From an uncultured Phycisphaerales bacterium (GTDB lineage Bacteria > Planctomycetota > Phycisphaerae > Tepidisphaerales > Tepidisphaeraceae): a DNA stretch of 64,000 bases. Below, in pieces: positions 20,922 through 30,215 of the stretch. Within the stretch, counting starts at the first letter, position 1; each line of letters opens with the position of its first letter. The DNA lies in NCBI GenBank assembly GCA_963758525.1, contig CAVWVQ010000003.1, positions 2,592,001 to 2,656,000 of the forward strand. Reading direction: 5' to 3'. The notes below the pieces were generated by a model that was not told the DNA's origin, did not search any database, and worked only from the letters and a program-made list of their open reading frames with translations. Both the position numbers and the translations under genes were made by a program.

Positions 20922-21940
20922 ATGCAATGCACCAACTGCGGCTTCCAGAACATGCCGGGCAGCGAATTGTGCGGCAGGTGCAGCACATCGCTGGGCCTCG
21001 CCACCGCGGTCATCGACGTAAACCCCCCGCGCACAGCGCCGCCAGCAAGCGGCTGCGCCGGTTGCTCCCATTCGGCAGAGCGTACTACCGCACCCGCGAT
21101 GCAGTACGCGCGGCTGACATTGCCGCGGGGGTGCGCCACGCGAACGCGATTCTCCCCGCTGGACTCCTCCTGCGCCTGATCGTTCCCGGCTGGTCACACT
21201 TTGCTCTCAAGCAACCGATCCGCGGACATCTTTTTCTGTGGAGCTTCGTGCTCTTTGTTCTGCTGAGCTTGTTCTGTCTCGGATCAACATGGGGAGCCAT
21301 CTGGCTGGGGATGGCCTTCAGCGTTCACTCGTCGGCGGCGATGGATATCGTGACCCAGACATTCAGCGACGCCGGCGTTCGCGATCGAATCGTGCGCTCC
21401 CTGGTCATCTCGGCGATTCTGGGAGTACTTCTCTATTGGCCGGCGATCTGGTTCATCGGCGGAGTGGCGCAGCCTCATACGGTCCAGACTGCTCTTGCGG
21501 CTTTTCAGCCCAATGATGTGGTGCTCGTCAACCAGTGGGCAGTGCCCAAACGCGGCGATATCGTTTTGTACGAGATCAATTACGCCCCGATGAATCTGCC
21601 CAATCGGGGACGCGAGCATGTGGTAGTCTGGTACAATGGCGAAAATATAGATCGAATTCTCGCGGTTCCCGGCGACCGTGTGCAATGTGATTCCGGCAGG
21701 CTCCTGGTCAACGGCTCTCCGTCCGCGTGGCAGCCGTTGAATTCTCATCCGATGCCGCAGTCTCTGAGTCTGACCATGCAGAGCGAACATTATCTCATTC
21801 TCCCCAGCGGCGCGCCCGGTGTTGTCACCTTCCAGGATGTAAACTTCTGGAAGAGCACCGGCGACGTCGAGCGAGGGCAGATTGTCGGGCGGGCCTGGCT
21901 GCAGACCCAGCCGTTGTCTCGCTTTCACGTCATTCGTTGA
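20922..21940 (+). CDS. Zn-ribbon + TM + S26 signal-peptidase-like protein (frameshift near 21040)
   Basis: CTNCGFQN..CGRC N-terminus, TM segments, PKRGDIVLY, IDRILAVPGDRV, IVGRA. Confidence 0.65.
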
Positions 21941-21950
21941 TCGGAGCGGG

Positions 21951-22738
21951 ATGATGAAGAGATTCGATCTGCTTGAATTTGATGATCGGCAGGAGCCCTC
22001 TCGGGCGCAATTGCAACATCCGCCGATCGCCCGCGCCGAAGATCACGACGAACAGTACTGGATTAAGGCGGCCACTGAGGATCGTCGCAATGGATTCCAT
22101 GAGTCGGCGCTGCGTCACTATTCCCGGGCATTGGAGCTGGACAAATCCGTCGTTGCCGGCTGGGTCGGACAGGTGCAGATGCTGATCGCGCTGGCTGAAT
22201 ATCCCGAAGCCGAATTGTGGAGCCGCAAGGCGCTCGAACTGTTCAAGAATAACGTCGATCTGCTCGCCGCCCGCGGGCAGGCGCTCTGCCGTACCGGCGA
22301 TCTCAAAAACGCCCAGGCGAGTTGCGACGCCGCCATCAATCAGCAGGGAATGCACAGCTATCCCTGGGTCGCGCGCGGCGAGCTGATGCTGGCGCAAAAT
22401 GAAGATCTCGATACCTTCTGCTTCGACAAAGCCGTTCAATTCGACAATGACTGGCTGCTTCTGCTGGAGATCGGCGCCATCTATCTTCATTACGGCCGCG
22501 GCACCAAAGCCCTGCAACGCACCCGCCTTGCGGTGGAAAGAGCGCCGGAGCATGCCTATTGCTGGTATCGTCAAGGCGTCTGCGAGATGGCTGTCGATCT
22601 GACCGGAGCCGCGGAAAAGAGCTTCAGGCGTTGCATGCAACTGATGCCCCAACACGTGCTCGCGCGCGGGCGCTCAATGAACTGAAGCAGAAGAACGGCG
22701 CAGTCCGCGGCTTCCTCCGCCGGTTATTTGGTTCCTGA
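21951..22738 (+). CDS. Tetratricopeptide repeat protein (frameshift near 22665)
   Basis: ALRHYSRALELD, WVGQVQMLIAL..A, further TPR-like helices. Confidence 0.8.
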
Positions 22739-22853
22739 TGACTTGCGATGACTCAACCCCTCATCAACCCGTCATTAGCCGCTGCCCTTGGGCAGCGTAC
22801 CTCCCGGCGTGTGTGCGTTTTTGCACACACTCATCAGTTGGAAAGGTGAGCTT

Positions 22854-23912
22854 ATGCCCGTCAGCCTCGATCACATTCTGCAGGCCGGACGCGAGCTGGG
22901 CGCCAGCGACATCCATCTCGTCCGCGGCGTCTCCCCCGCCTTTCGCATCCACGGTCAGATCCGTCTGGCGAAGCACGAGCCGCTGACGGAAGAGATGCTG
23001 CGCTTGCTGCTCGACCAGTTGCTCACGGAAAAGCACAAGAAAATTCTCGAGGACGAATGGCAGCTCTGCTTTTCCAAACACTGGCCTGGCATCGGCCGGT
23101 TCCGCGCCAGCATCTATTTCCATGGCGGGTGCCCGGAGATGGCGATCCGCGTCTCGGAAAGAGAGATTCGCACCCGCGAGGCGCTGCGGCTCCCGCCGGT
23201 GATCGACGAGCTTACCCGCCGGCCAAACGGCCTGATTCTCATCACCGGCCCCACCGGCGTCGGCAAAACGACAACGCTCAACTACATGGTCGATCTGATC
23301 AACCGCGAGCGCCGCGCAAAGATTGTGACAATCGAAGATCCCGTCGAATACGTCCACGAGAACCGCAACAGCATCATCATTCAACAGGAGGTGCACACCG
23401 ACACCCCCTCGTTCAGCAAAGCGCTGATTCACGTGCTGAGGCAGGACCCCGATGTGATTGCCGTCGGCGAGATGCGCGATCTGGAGACGATGGCCACCGC
23501 GCTCACCGCCGCCGAGACCGGCCATCTCGTTCTCGCGACGCTGCACACTCCCGACGCCGTGCAGACGGTGCAGCGCATCTACGGCGCGTTTCCCGCCGAT
23601 CAGCAGAACAACGTCGTCTACCAGTTATCCAATTCACTGCAGGCGATCGTCGCTCAAAATCTGCTCCCCTGCGCCGATGGCAAAGGACAGGTGCTCGCCT
23701 GCGAGATCTGCGTCGCGACCCCCGCCATCCGCAAGCTCATCCGCGACGGCGAATCGCACCTGATGAACAACGAAATTCAGATGGGCAAGAAGTTCAACAT
23801 GCAGAACATGGACACCGCCCTGATGGACCTTTATCAGCGCGGCGAAATCACCTACGACACCGCCGTCTCCTCCGCCCGCGATACCAATGCCTTCCGCCAT
23901 AAGACAGGGTAA
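22854..23912 (+). CDS. pilT: PilT/PilU family type IV pilus ATPase
   Basis: ASDIHL, GPTGVGKTTT, TIEDPVEY, LRQDPDVIAVGEMRD, AAETGHLVLATLHT. Confidence 0.9.
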   Translation: MPVSLDHILQAGRELGASDIHLVRGVSPAFRIHGQIRLAKHEPLTEEMLRLLLDQLLTEKHKKILEDEWQLCFSKHWPGIGRFRASIYFHGGCPEMAIRVSEREIRTREALRLPPVIDELTRRPNGLILITGPTGVGKTTTLNYMVDLINRERRAKIVTIEDPVEYVHENRNSIIIQQEVHTDTPSFSKALIHVLRQDPDVIAVGEMRDLETMATALTAAETGHLVLATLHTPDAVQTVQRIYGAFPADQQNNVVYQLSNSLQAIVAQNLLPCADGKGQVLACEICVATPAIRKLIRDGESHLMNNEIQMGKKFNMQNMDTALMDLYQRGEITYDTAVSSARDTNAFRHKTG

Positions 23913-23929
23913 AGAAAAGGTACAGAAGA

Positions 23930-24106
23930 AGGCACGGAGGCACGAAGGGAAGGAGAAGCAAGCGCAACTTGGAGGTCAACAATGCATCGATTCGCCAAAC
24001 GGCACCGCCGTGGCTTGCCCTTCGCGGCCGGTTCCAAGGACGCACCGCTTCCACCTCTCCTGTTCCTTCCCTTCGTGCCTCCGTGCCTCCGTGCCTTCGT
24101 GCCTTC
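23930..24106. repeat. 25-bp perfect inverted repeat built of GGCACGRA octamers
   Basis: aggcacggaggcacgaagggaagga (23930-23954) and tccttcccttcgtgcctccgtgcct (24064-24088), plus extra units. Confidence 0.8.
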
Positions 24107-24167
24107 CCCTCGTTGCCTTCCCCTCAATTGACTGCCTTTTTAGCCACCGATACGATACCCCCTCGCT

Positions 24168-24258
24168 GGAGAGATGGCCGAGTGGCTGAAGGCGACGGTT
24201 TGCTAAACCGTTATACGGAGTCAAATCCGTATCCGGGGTTCGAATCCCCGTCTCTCCG
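24168..24258 (+). tRNA. tRNA-Ser (anticodon GCT), CCA not encoded
   Basis: Acceptor GGAGAGA/TCTCTCC, anticodon arm ACGGT-TTGCTAA-ACCGT, long variable arm ATACGGA/TCCGTAT, T arm CGGGG-TTCGAAT-CCCCG. Confidence 0.96.
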
Positions 24259-24395
24259 TTCTAAAACTGGTCTCGTTCGCAAATGGCTTAATTGAAGCAC
24301 TTTCGCAACGGTGGTATGCTGTTTATCCGCCGTTGTGAAACTTTTTGTGAAAGAATCGGCATCCATTCAGCCGGTTCTTTCGGAGCTTCAAGATT

Positions 24396-25772
24396 ATGCC
24401 CACCACAAAAAAGCCACGTCCGACTGCTCATTCCGGTCACACCGATAGAGGGAACATCCGCGATCTGAAAATTCAGCGAGTGGGAAATGTGACCATCTAC
24501 AAGCGGGGACCAAGCTACTACCTGTATTACCGCGAGGATGGCAGCAGTCAGCGGCGCAAGGTCGAAGGCAACCTGGCAGTCGCCAAAGCCTCCGCCGCCA
24601 AGGTCGCCGCGGCTCTGGCCGAACAGCGACCCTCGCCGCTGGGATTTCAGCGGACCGCCCCTGGCGCGTTTGTCACCGGGTATCTGGACTTTGTCGAGAA
24701 TGTCCAGGGCCTGGCTTGGCGTACGGTCGACCGTTACCGGGCGGCCCTCGACCGCCTTCTGGACTTCTGCACGGACACGGGTGTCACTGCGATCGACGCC
24801 ATCGATGAGGCCACCATCGAGGATTTGGTCCGCTGGCTGCGTGGACAGACTCGAACCCGCAACGGCTGCGAAAAGGGCACCCGGGACTTGTACAAGGTCG
24901 GCGGAATCAAGTTCATCCTGAGCACCTGCCGCACCGCCTTCAATTGGGCTGGCCGGCGACGGATGCTCCCTCCGTATGTCGAGAATCCCTTTAGCCGGTT
25001 CCCCATTGATCAACTCCGCGACTCTGAGGCGGATGAGGAGGACCTCCACGTCTTCACCCCGGAGCAGGAGAAGGCATTCTTCGCAGCCTGCTCGGACTGG
25101 CAGAAGGCGCTGTTTCTGCCCCTGGCGACGTACGGCATGCGGGTCGGTGAGTGGACCCACGTGCTGATCGAGAACGTCGACTTCAAGGACGGGACGATCC
25201 AGATCTCCTCCAAGCCCGAGATGTTCTGGCGGGTGAAGACGGCCCGGCGGCGCTGGCTCCCCCTCACGGCCGAGATGACCGTGTTGTTGAAGAAGCTGAT
25301 CGGCCGGCGTACGGCGGGGTTCGTGCTGCTCAATGAGCATCAGTTCAAGGGTGACAAACTTCCCGCGAGCGAGTTTGTCTCGGATGAGCAGTTCCGCAAG
25401 CACCTGGCAACGCTGGTCGCGGAGCTAGAGGGCAAGAATCCCCAAGCAAGTAAACGCGACAAGCGGCGGGTTGTCACCGCCTTCTGCCGGTCACTCGGGC
25501 AGGTGCCAGTCAAGCGGGTGCAGAGCGAGTTCTGTGAGCTGACACGAGAAATCGGATGCCCGGACTTCACCCGGACGCACGACTTGCGGCACCTTTTTGC
25601 CACGCGTGCCCAGGAAACCGGGACTAATCCGATCTTGGTGTCGCAGATCACGGGGCATCGCTCGCTAGAGATGCTCAAGCGCTACACACACGCGAGCGTG
25701 GCCGCAAAACGCGAGGCGGTGGAGCGCATGACATCCCCGCAGCCTGAACTTCGAGAACCGAAAGATCCATGA
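24396..25772 (+). CDS. Tyrosine recombinase/integrase
   Basis: Catalytic set YGMRVGE (R), VKT (K), HDLRH, ITGH, KRYTH (Y). Confidence 0.93.
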   Translation: MPTTKKPRPTAHSGHTDRGNIRDLKIQRVGNVTIYKRGPSYYLYYREDGSSQRRKVEGNLAVAKASAAKVAAALAEQRPSPLGFQRTAPGAFVTGYLDFVENVQGLAWRTVDRYRAALDRLLDFCTDTGVTAIDAIDEATIEDLVRWLRGQTRTRNGCEKGTRDLYKVGGIKFILSTCRTAFNWAGRRRMLPPYVENPFSRFPIDQLRDSEADEEDLHVFTPEQEKAFFAACSDWQKALFLPLATYGMRVGEWTHVLIENVDFKDGTIQISSKPEMFWRVKTARRRWLPLTAEMTVLLKKLIGRRTAGFVLLNEHQFKGDKLPASEFVSDEQFRKHLATLVAELEGKNPQASKRDKRRVVTAFCRSLGQVPVKRVQSEFCELTREIGCPDFTRTHDLRHLFATRAQETGTNPILVSQITGHRSLEMLKRYTHASVAAKREAVERMTSPQPELREPKDP

Positions 25773-26795
25773 GCAAAAGTTCGAAGGACAAACGGCAACC
25801 AGAGCGATCCACGTCGGAAGTGAGTCGTCCGGCCCAGTGGCGGTCTCTATGGCGAGCCTTCAAGCAATCGTACCCCGATTGGATTGCCAGACTTCCCGTT
25901 GGAGAGGCAGTCTACGTTTTACCGGAACCGATCATTCGAGAGCTGACTTCGCCCCGCGGCGGACATCGGCGGCTTCCACCCTTGCTCGACGAGAACGGAT
26001 GCCCAGGCCGAACGTGCCTTCGAGCAAACCTGCCGGGAATTCGGAAAGTGGGTGATTGGGGTGTGCGAGGACAGCCCACTGCAGTTCCCATTACTCTTTG
26101 AATCGTGGAATGACGAGGCAAACCGGTCTGAAAATCCAGACTTCAGCGATGGCATTGTCCGTGCTCACCAGCAAATGTTGGCCTACGCAGGTTCGTTGTC
26201 GTTCTATAAACCCTACCGCCAGGAACTTGAACAGGTGAAACAGAAGTGGCTCGCGCTGCCAGCGCCGAAACCGGCTGCCGGCCCCTGGGCGTCAGAGCGC
26301 CTAGCTCGTCATTTCGGGGGGAGCCAAACCGGTGAAGAATACTATCAGCTTTATGATACCTTCCGTTCCAGGCGGCATCTGGCGATGTTGGTGAGCTGGG
26401 ACGTGCCGTGGCCGATGGGACCGGATGAATTTATTCCCGCCTCTTTTGCCAGCATTCCTTTCGGCCAATCCGGCGTGTTTGAGTATCACCCGCCTTTTTT
26501 GGACACGCCCCCAATGAGCGTTCGGCAAAAGCATGATCTCGCGGCAGCAATGGCGGAAATGTTCCCATACCTTCCCAAACTGCCCCCCATGCGGGTCGTC
26601 AGGCAAGGTTCCGGCCCCAATGAGTACGAGACGTCATTCCGAATGTGGCTGGTTGAGCTGACCGCTCGCCGACACTACAGCAACCTCCGGGGTATGTCGG
26701 AGGCGATGATTCGCGGTTTTGCAACACACCTGAATCGCACTGAGGAGCACGTGAAACGGCTGCGAAGAATGTACACCCGATTTCTCACATCCTGA
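25769..26795 (+). CDS. Hypothetical protein (frameshift near 26000-26050)
   Basis: ATGA overlap with the integrase; two abutting ORFs in different frames. Confidence 0.5.
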
Positions 26796-26837
26796 GCCAT
26801 TTCGTCCCCGCCGCACAAAAACAACACTTCCCGAATA

Positions 26838-26867
26838 AGGGCGCAATCCACATGCGGATTGCGCCCT
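26838..26867. promoter_or_regulatory. 12-bp perfect inverted repeat upstream of the xis-like gene (operator or terminator)
   Basis: AGGGCGCAATCC-ACATGC-GGATTGCGCCCT. Confidence 0.55.
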
Positions 26868-26901
26868 CGTTGAGTCTTTTGGTGTTTTGATAATCAGGTT
26901 C

Positions 26902-27222
26902 ATGTTAGTTCATCGACCACGGCATGAGGTCCATGCTGGCTCATTTCCGGAAGAGCCAGCGGCCACGCCCACCATGGGTTTAGGCTCGCCGTGGATGACA
27001 CCGCCGGCGGCTGCTGAGTACCTCGGCATTGCCTTGGGCACGCTGCGCAACTGGACGTCCGCTCGTTTTGTTCCATTCGCAAAAAAAGGTCGCCTCGTCC
27101 GCTACCACCGCGACGCCCTGGATCGATGGCTGTCCCGTGGTAGTTGTCCTGGTCGTGCCACCTTCGCGGCCACGATGCATAGCCGTTCCAACTCGCCGGA
27201 AGACAACGGAGCAAACCCCTGA
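26902..27222 (+). CDS. Excisionase-like helix-turn-helix protein
   Basis: WMTPPAAAEYLGIALGTLRNW..PFAKKGRLVRYHRDALDRWL. Confidence 0.85.
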   Translation: MLVHRPRHEVHAGSFPEEPAATPTMGLGSPWMTPPAAAEYLGIALGTLRNWTSARFVPFAKKGRLVRYHRDALDRWLSRGSCPGRATFAATMHSRSNSPEDNGANP

Positions 27223-27277
27223 CAAAAAATTAGGCGGCATTCCGGTCAAGGTTACGCCGCCCGTGAGGAAACGAACT

Positions 27278-28015
27278 ATGACACATTATAAATCACAATC
27301 CGCCAATTCGCAAGATAATTCCAATGTTGATTTGCGTGAAAAACTCTATAACGACCGAGAAATCGGTCCCGTCACCATCTCGGATCCCGAGTCGATCATC
27401 ACACGACTGCACGGAATCTTGCTGGACGTCGATCCGCTGAACTATCGCAAGTCGCGAGGTGCAAATGTACGGAGCAACCCAGAAAAGTTTTACCTAAGAG
27501 TCATTAAGACGATGCTCCTCCGGCACGCTGTACTGGCGCGTGCGGAGGTCCGTCTCAGCGGCACCGGGCTGCACATCATCATCTGGTTCGCCGAGCCCGT
27601 GGAACTGAAGACCGAGGGTGATCGGCTCAGGTGGGTAGCGATCATCAAAGCCATCCAGCGACTGCTCCCGACGGACCATCTTGCACCGGCCATCACCGCG
27701 ATGACCCGCCCGTTAGGCAGCCGCAATGGCAAGAATCAGAAAAAAGTAAAATGTCTGCACAGGGGCGAACCGGTGCCGCCGGCCGACATTCTCAAACTCT
27801 TCGATCAACTGTCCGCCAAACCCTTCGCAACCGTCGCTCAAGTGCTGTTCGGGGAAGGTCCAATCCGACCTTGTCCCATTTGCAATGGCGAAGGTAGTTC
27901 GCTTGGTGTCCTCAGCGCGACGGGAAAATGCTATGGGGGATGCGGGAAGGTGAAGCTCAGCCAACTGTATGACGTCTTTCTGGAAACGAAGCTTTCTGCC
28001 GGAAAGGGAAACTAG
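27278..28015 (+). CDS. AEP/RepB'-like primase with C-terminal Zn finger
   Basis: ILLDVD (DxD), SGTGLHIIIW, RPLGSRNGK, CPIC...CYGGC. Confidence 0.75.
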   Translation: MTHYKSQSANSQDNSNVDLREKLYNDREIGPVTISDPESIITRLHGILLDVDPLNYRKSRGANVRSNPEKFYLRVIKTMLLRHAVLARAEVRLSGTGLHIIIWFAEPVELKTEGDRLRWVAIIKAIQRLLPTDHLAPAITAMTRPLGSRNGKNQKKVKCLHRGEPVPPADILKLFDQLSAKPFATVAQVLFGEGPIRPCPICNGEGSSLGVLSATGKCYGGCGKVKLSQLYDVFLETKLSAGKGN

Positions 28016-28017
28016 CG

Positions 28018-29439
28018 ATGCCAGCAAAGTCCCCGACAACCGGCGATCAGCTCGCCGAGCAACTCATGCAGGCGATCCGCGACGCCCAGCATGCACCGCT
28101 GCTAGGTGCGAGGGATCTCCCGATCCTTCGGGGACTGTCGCCCTATGGCACTTTTAGCGAGCCGCAGGAGAACGTGCTAGTCCGTGCGATAGGATTGTTG
28201 CGGGCAACAGGCCGCGTGTATGCGTATGGCAACTCGGTGGTGTTTGACACTACGATCGCCGGTCAGGGTAGATGTCTGCTGCCGTTGCGAAACGGCACCA
28301 CAATCGAACCAACCGCCAAACGTCTGCTGAGCAATGTAATGGTATGTGCTGACGGCGACGAGCAGTTTCCGCCGCCGGACTGGTTTGTCAGCATGCTTTT
28401 GCTCGCTGAACCGCTGCTGGACCACCTGCCCCGCATCCAGACGTACATGCGACGTCCGGCGTTTGACGCCAATTTCAATCTTTGCGGGCCGGGCTTCCAT
28501 TCTTCCGAAGGGATTCTTGTACACGGGCCGGAGATTGAGCCCGTTATCTTTGTACCGGCTGATCCAAATCTGTCGGCCGTGCAACGGCTGCCGATCCACT
28601 TGCGGACATTTCTCGGCGGCTTCTGTTTTCGCTCGGATGCGGATTTGGCGAACACGATCGCAATCCTAATTACCGGCCTGCTCGTCAATCACTTCATCAA
28701 ATATGGCAAGCCAATTGTACTGATCGACGGAAATCAGCCTGATGTTGGAAAGTCCCTGCTCGTCCAAGCCATCGGCGTGTTGTTTGACGATAGCGTCCCG
28801 CCGGACATTCGGTACACATCGGACGACGAGGAACTCGCAAAGTTGATCTGTGCAGCTCTGCGTGAAGCAGCAACTTCGATTTTACATATCGACAACGCCA
28901 AGAACGCCAGCAGCGTCGGCATCTCCAGCCCCACCATCGAATCACAATCATTGGCTCCCGAAATTTGCCTGCGCATCCTCGGCCATTCCAGCATGCTGCG
29001 TCGGCCCAATGACTTGATCTGGTGCATCACGATGAACAAGACGAAGGCGTGCGGCGACATTGTTTCACGGGACGTGCCGGTCCAGCTTTTCTACGACGGC
29101 CGCACAGAAGATCGCAGGTTTGAAGGTCCCAACCCGCTCGATTATGCACGCGAACATCGCATTCAAATCCTGGGTGAACTGGCGGGAATGATCATCCAGC
29201 ACAATCAGCACGGACGGCCCGACGGAATACGCACACATCGCTGTCGCCACTGGGCTCGGCTCGTAGGGGGCATCATGCAGTCAGCGGGATTCCCAGAGTT
29301 CCTCTCAAACGCCCAAACGGTTGCCGCAACATTCAACTCAGAACTCGATGAGCTTGCCGCTTTGATCGAAGTCATGGTCGCTGGCGGCGGACCATTTATG
29401 GTGGTTGGAAATAACCCAACTGATACTGATGAGGTTTAA
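28018..29439 (+). CDS. SF3-like P-loop helicase/ATPase
   Basis: IDGNQPDVGKS Walker A, ILHIDN Walker B, RILGHS, WCITMN, DIVSR. Confidence 0.7.
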   Translation: MPAKSPTTGDQLAEQLMQAIRDAQHAPLLGARDLPILRGLSPYGTFSEPQENVLVRAIGLLRATGRVYAYGNSVVFDTTIAGQGRCLLPLRNGTTIEPTAKRLLSNVMVCADGDEQFPPPDWFVSMLLLAEPLLDHLPRIQTYMRRPAFDANFNLCGPGFHSSEGILVHGPEIEPVIFVPADPNLSAVQRLPIHLRTFLGGFCFRSDADLANTIAILITGLLVNHFIKYGKPIVLIDGNQPDVGKSLLVQAIGVLFDDSVPPDIRYTSDDEELAKLICAALREAATSILHIDNAKNASSVGISSPTIESQSLAPEICLRILGHSSMLRRPNDLIWCITMNKTKACGDIVSRDVPVQLFYDGRTEDRRFEGPNPLDYAREHRIQILGELAGMIIQHNQHGRPDGIRTHRCRHWARLVGGIMQSAGFPEFLSNAQTVAATFNSELDELAALIEVMVAGGGPFMVVGNNPTDTDEV

Positions 29440-29440
29440 T

Positions 29441-29944
29441 ATGTCTACACCAAAAGAAATTGCAAAACCGGGCTCGGAACTGGATAGACACTTTCGCGCT
29501 GCAAACGTTCATGTCGAAGAACTTGAATCGTGCAAAAGCAATCGCGCCAAGGCGATCAAGATCGGCCAGTTCCTCGGACCAGTCGTGGGGCGTGAGGTTC
29601 CCATTCAGGTGAAGGGCCGCACAGGAAAAGCGATTCTCAAATCCCTCGACGGCCGGAGTGGACAGAAGCTCTATTACGCCGAGATTCGCTGGGACAGGCA
29701 ACAAGGCAGCGAATCGTCGCCTGCCACGATGCCCAAGATGCCCGCGGCAAATATGACTCCTGGCGGTGAACCTCGGCAAGCTGCGAAAAAGACAGGCGGC
29801 AAAACCCAAACCGCTCAAGAGCGTGAGACAAATGAACAGGGACGTCGACCAACACAACCTGCCGCCAAAGACAAGCTGAAGGTGACGACCCCAACGAGAA
29901 CAAAGGCAAAACCAGACGCTGCCGGCAACGTGGAGAAATGGTGA
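29441..29944 (+). CDS. Hypothetical basic protein
   Basis: GAGG RBS; coupled to the helicase; Lys/Thr-rich tail. Confidence 0.6.
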   Translation: MSTPKEIAKPGSELDRHFRAANVHVEELESCKSNRAKAIKIGQFLGPVVGREVPIQVKGRTGKAILKSLDGRSGQKLYYAEIRWDRQQGSESSPATMPKMPAANMTPGGEPRQAAKKTGGKTQTAQERETNEQGRRPTQPAAKDKLKVTTPTRTKAKPDAAGNVEKW

Positions 29945-30199
29945 ATGGTGAATAGCGTCAGACGGTATTCACCACTGATATTCATCACAGTTATGTCTCT
30001 GTAGGACAGAGGTTTATGCGAAAGTGGTGAATGTGGTGAATGTTTGCAGGGTCTATACACATGAGTACCAATCACAAACAACCAAATACTACCCTGCCGC
30101 GACGAGGGTAATTTTTAGCCCCAACATTCACCATTTGCCGTAACTGACCAGCAGACAAAGTTTTACCGGTGGTGAATGTTGCCGTGCGGGTATTCACCA
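29939..30199. repeat. Iteron-like array (TGGTGAAT x8, both orientations), putative replication origin
   Basis: Forward copies at 29939, 29946, 30025, 30034, 30170; reverse ATTCACCA at 29967, 30126, 30192; AT-richer context. Confidence 0.75.
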
Positions 30200-30215
30200 A
30201 CAAGAGAAAAAAGCC

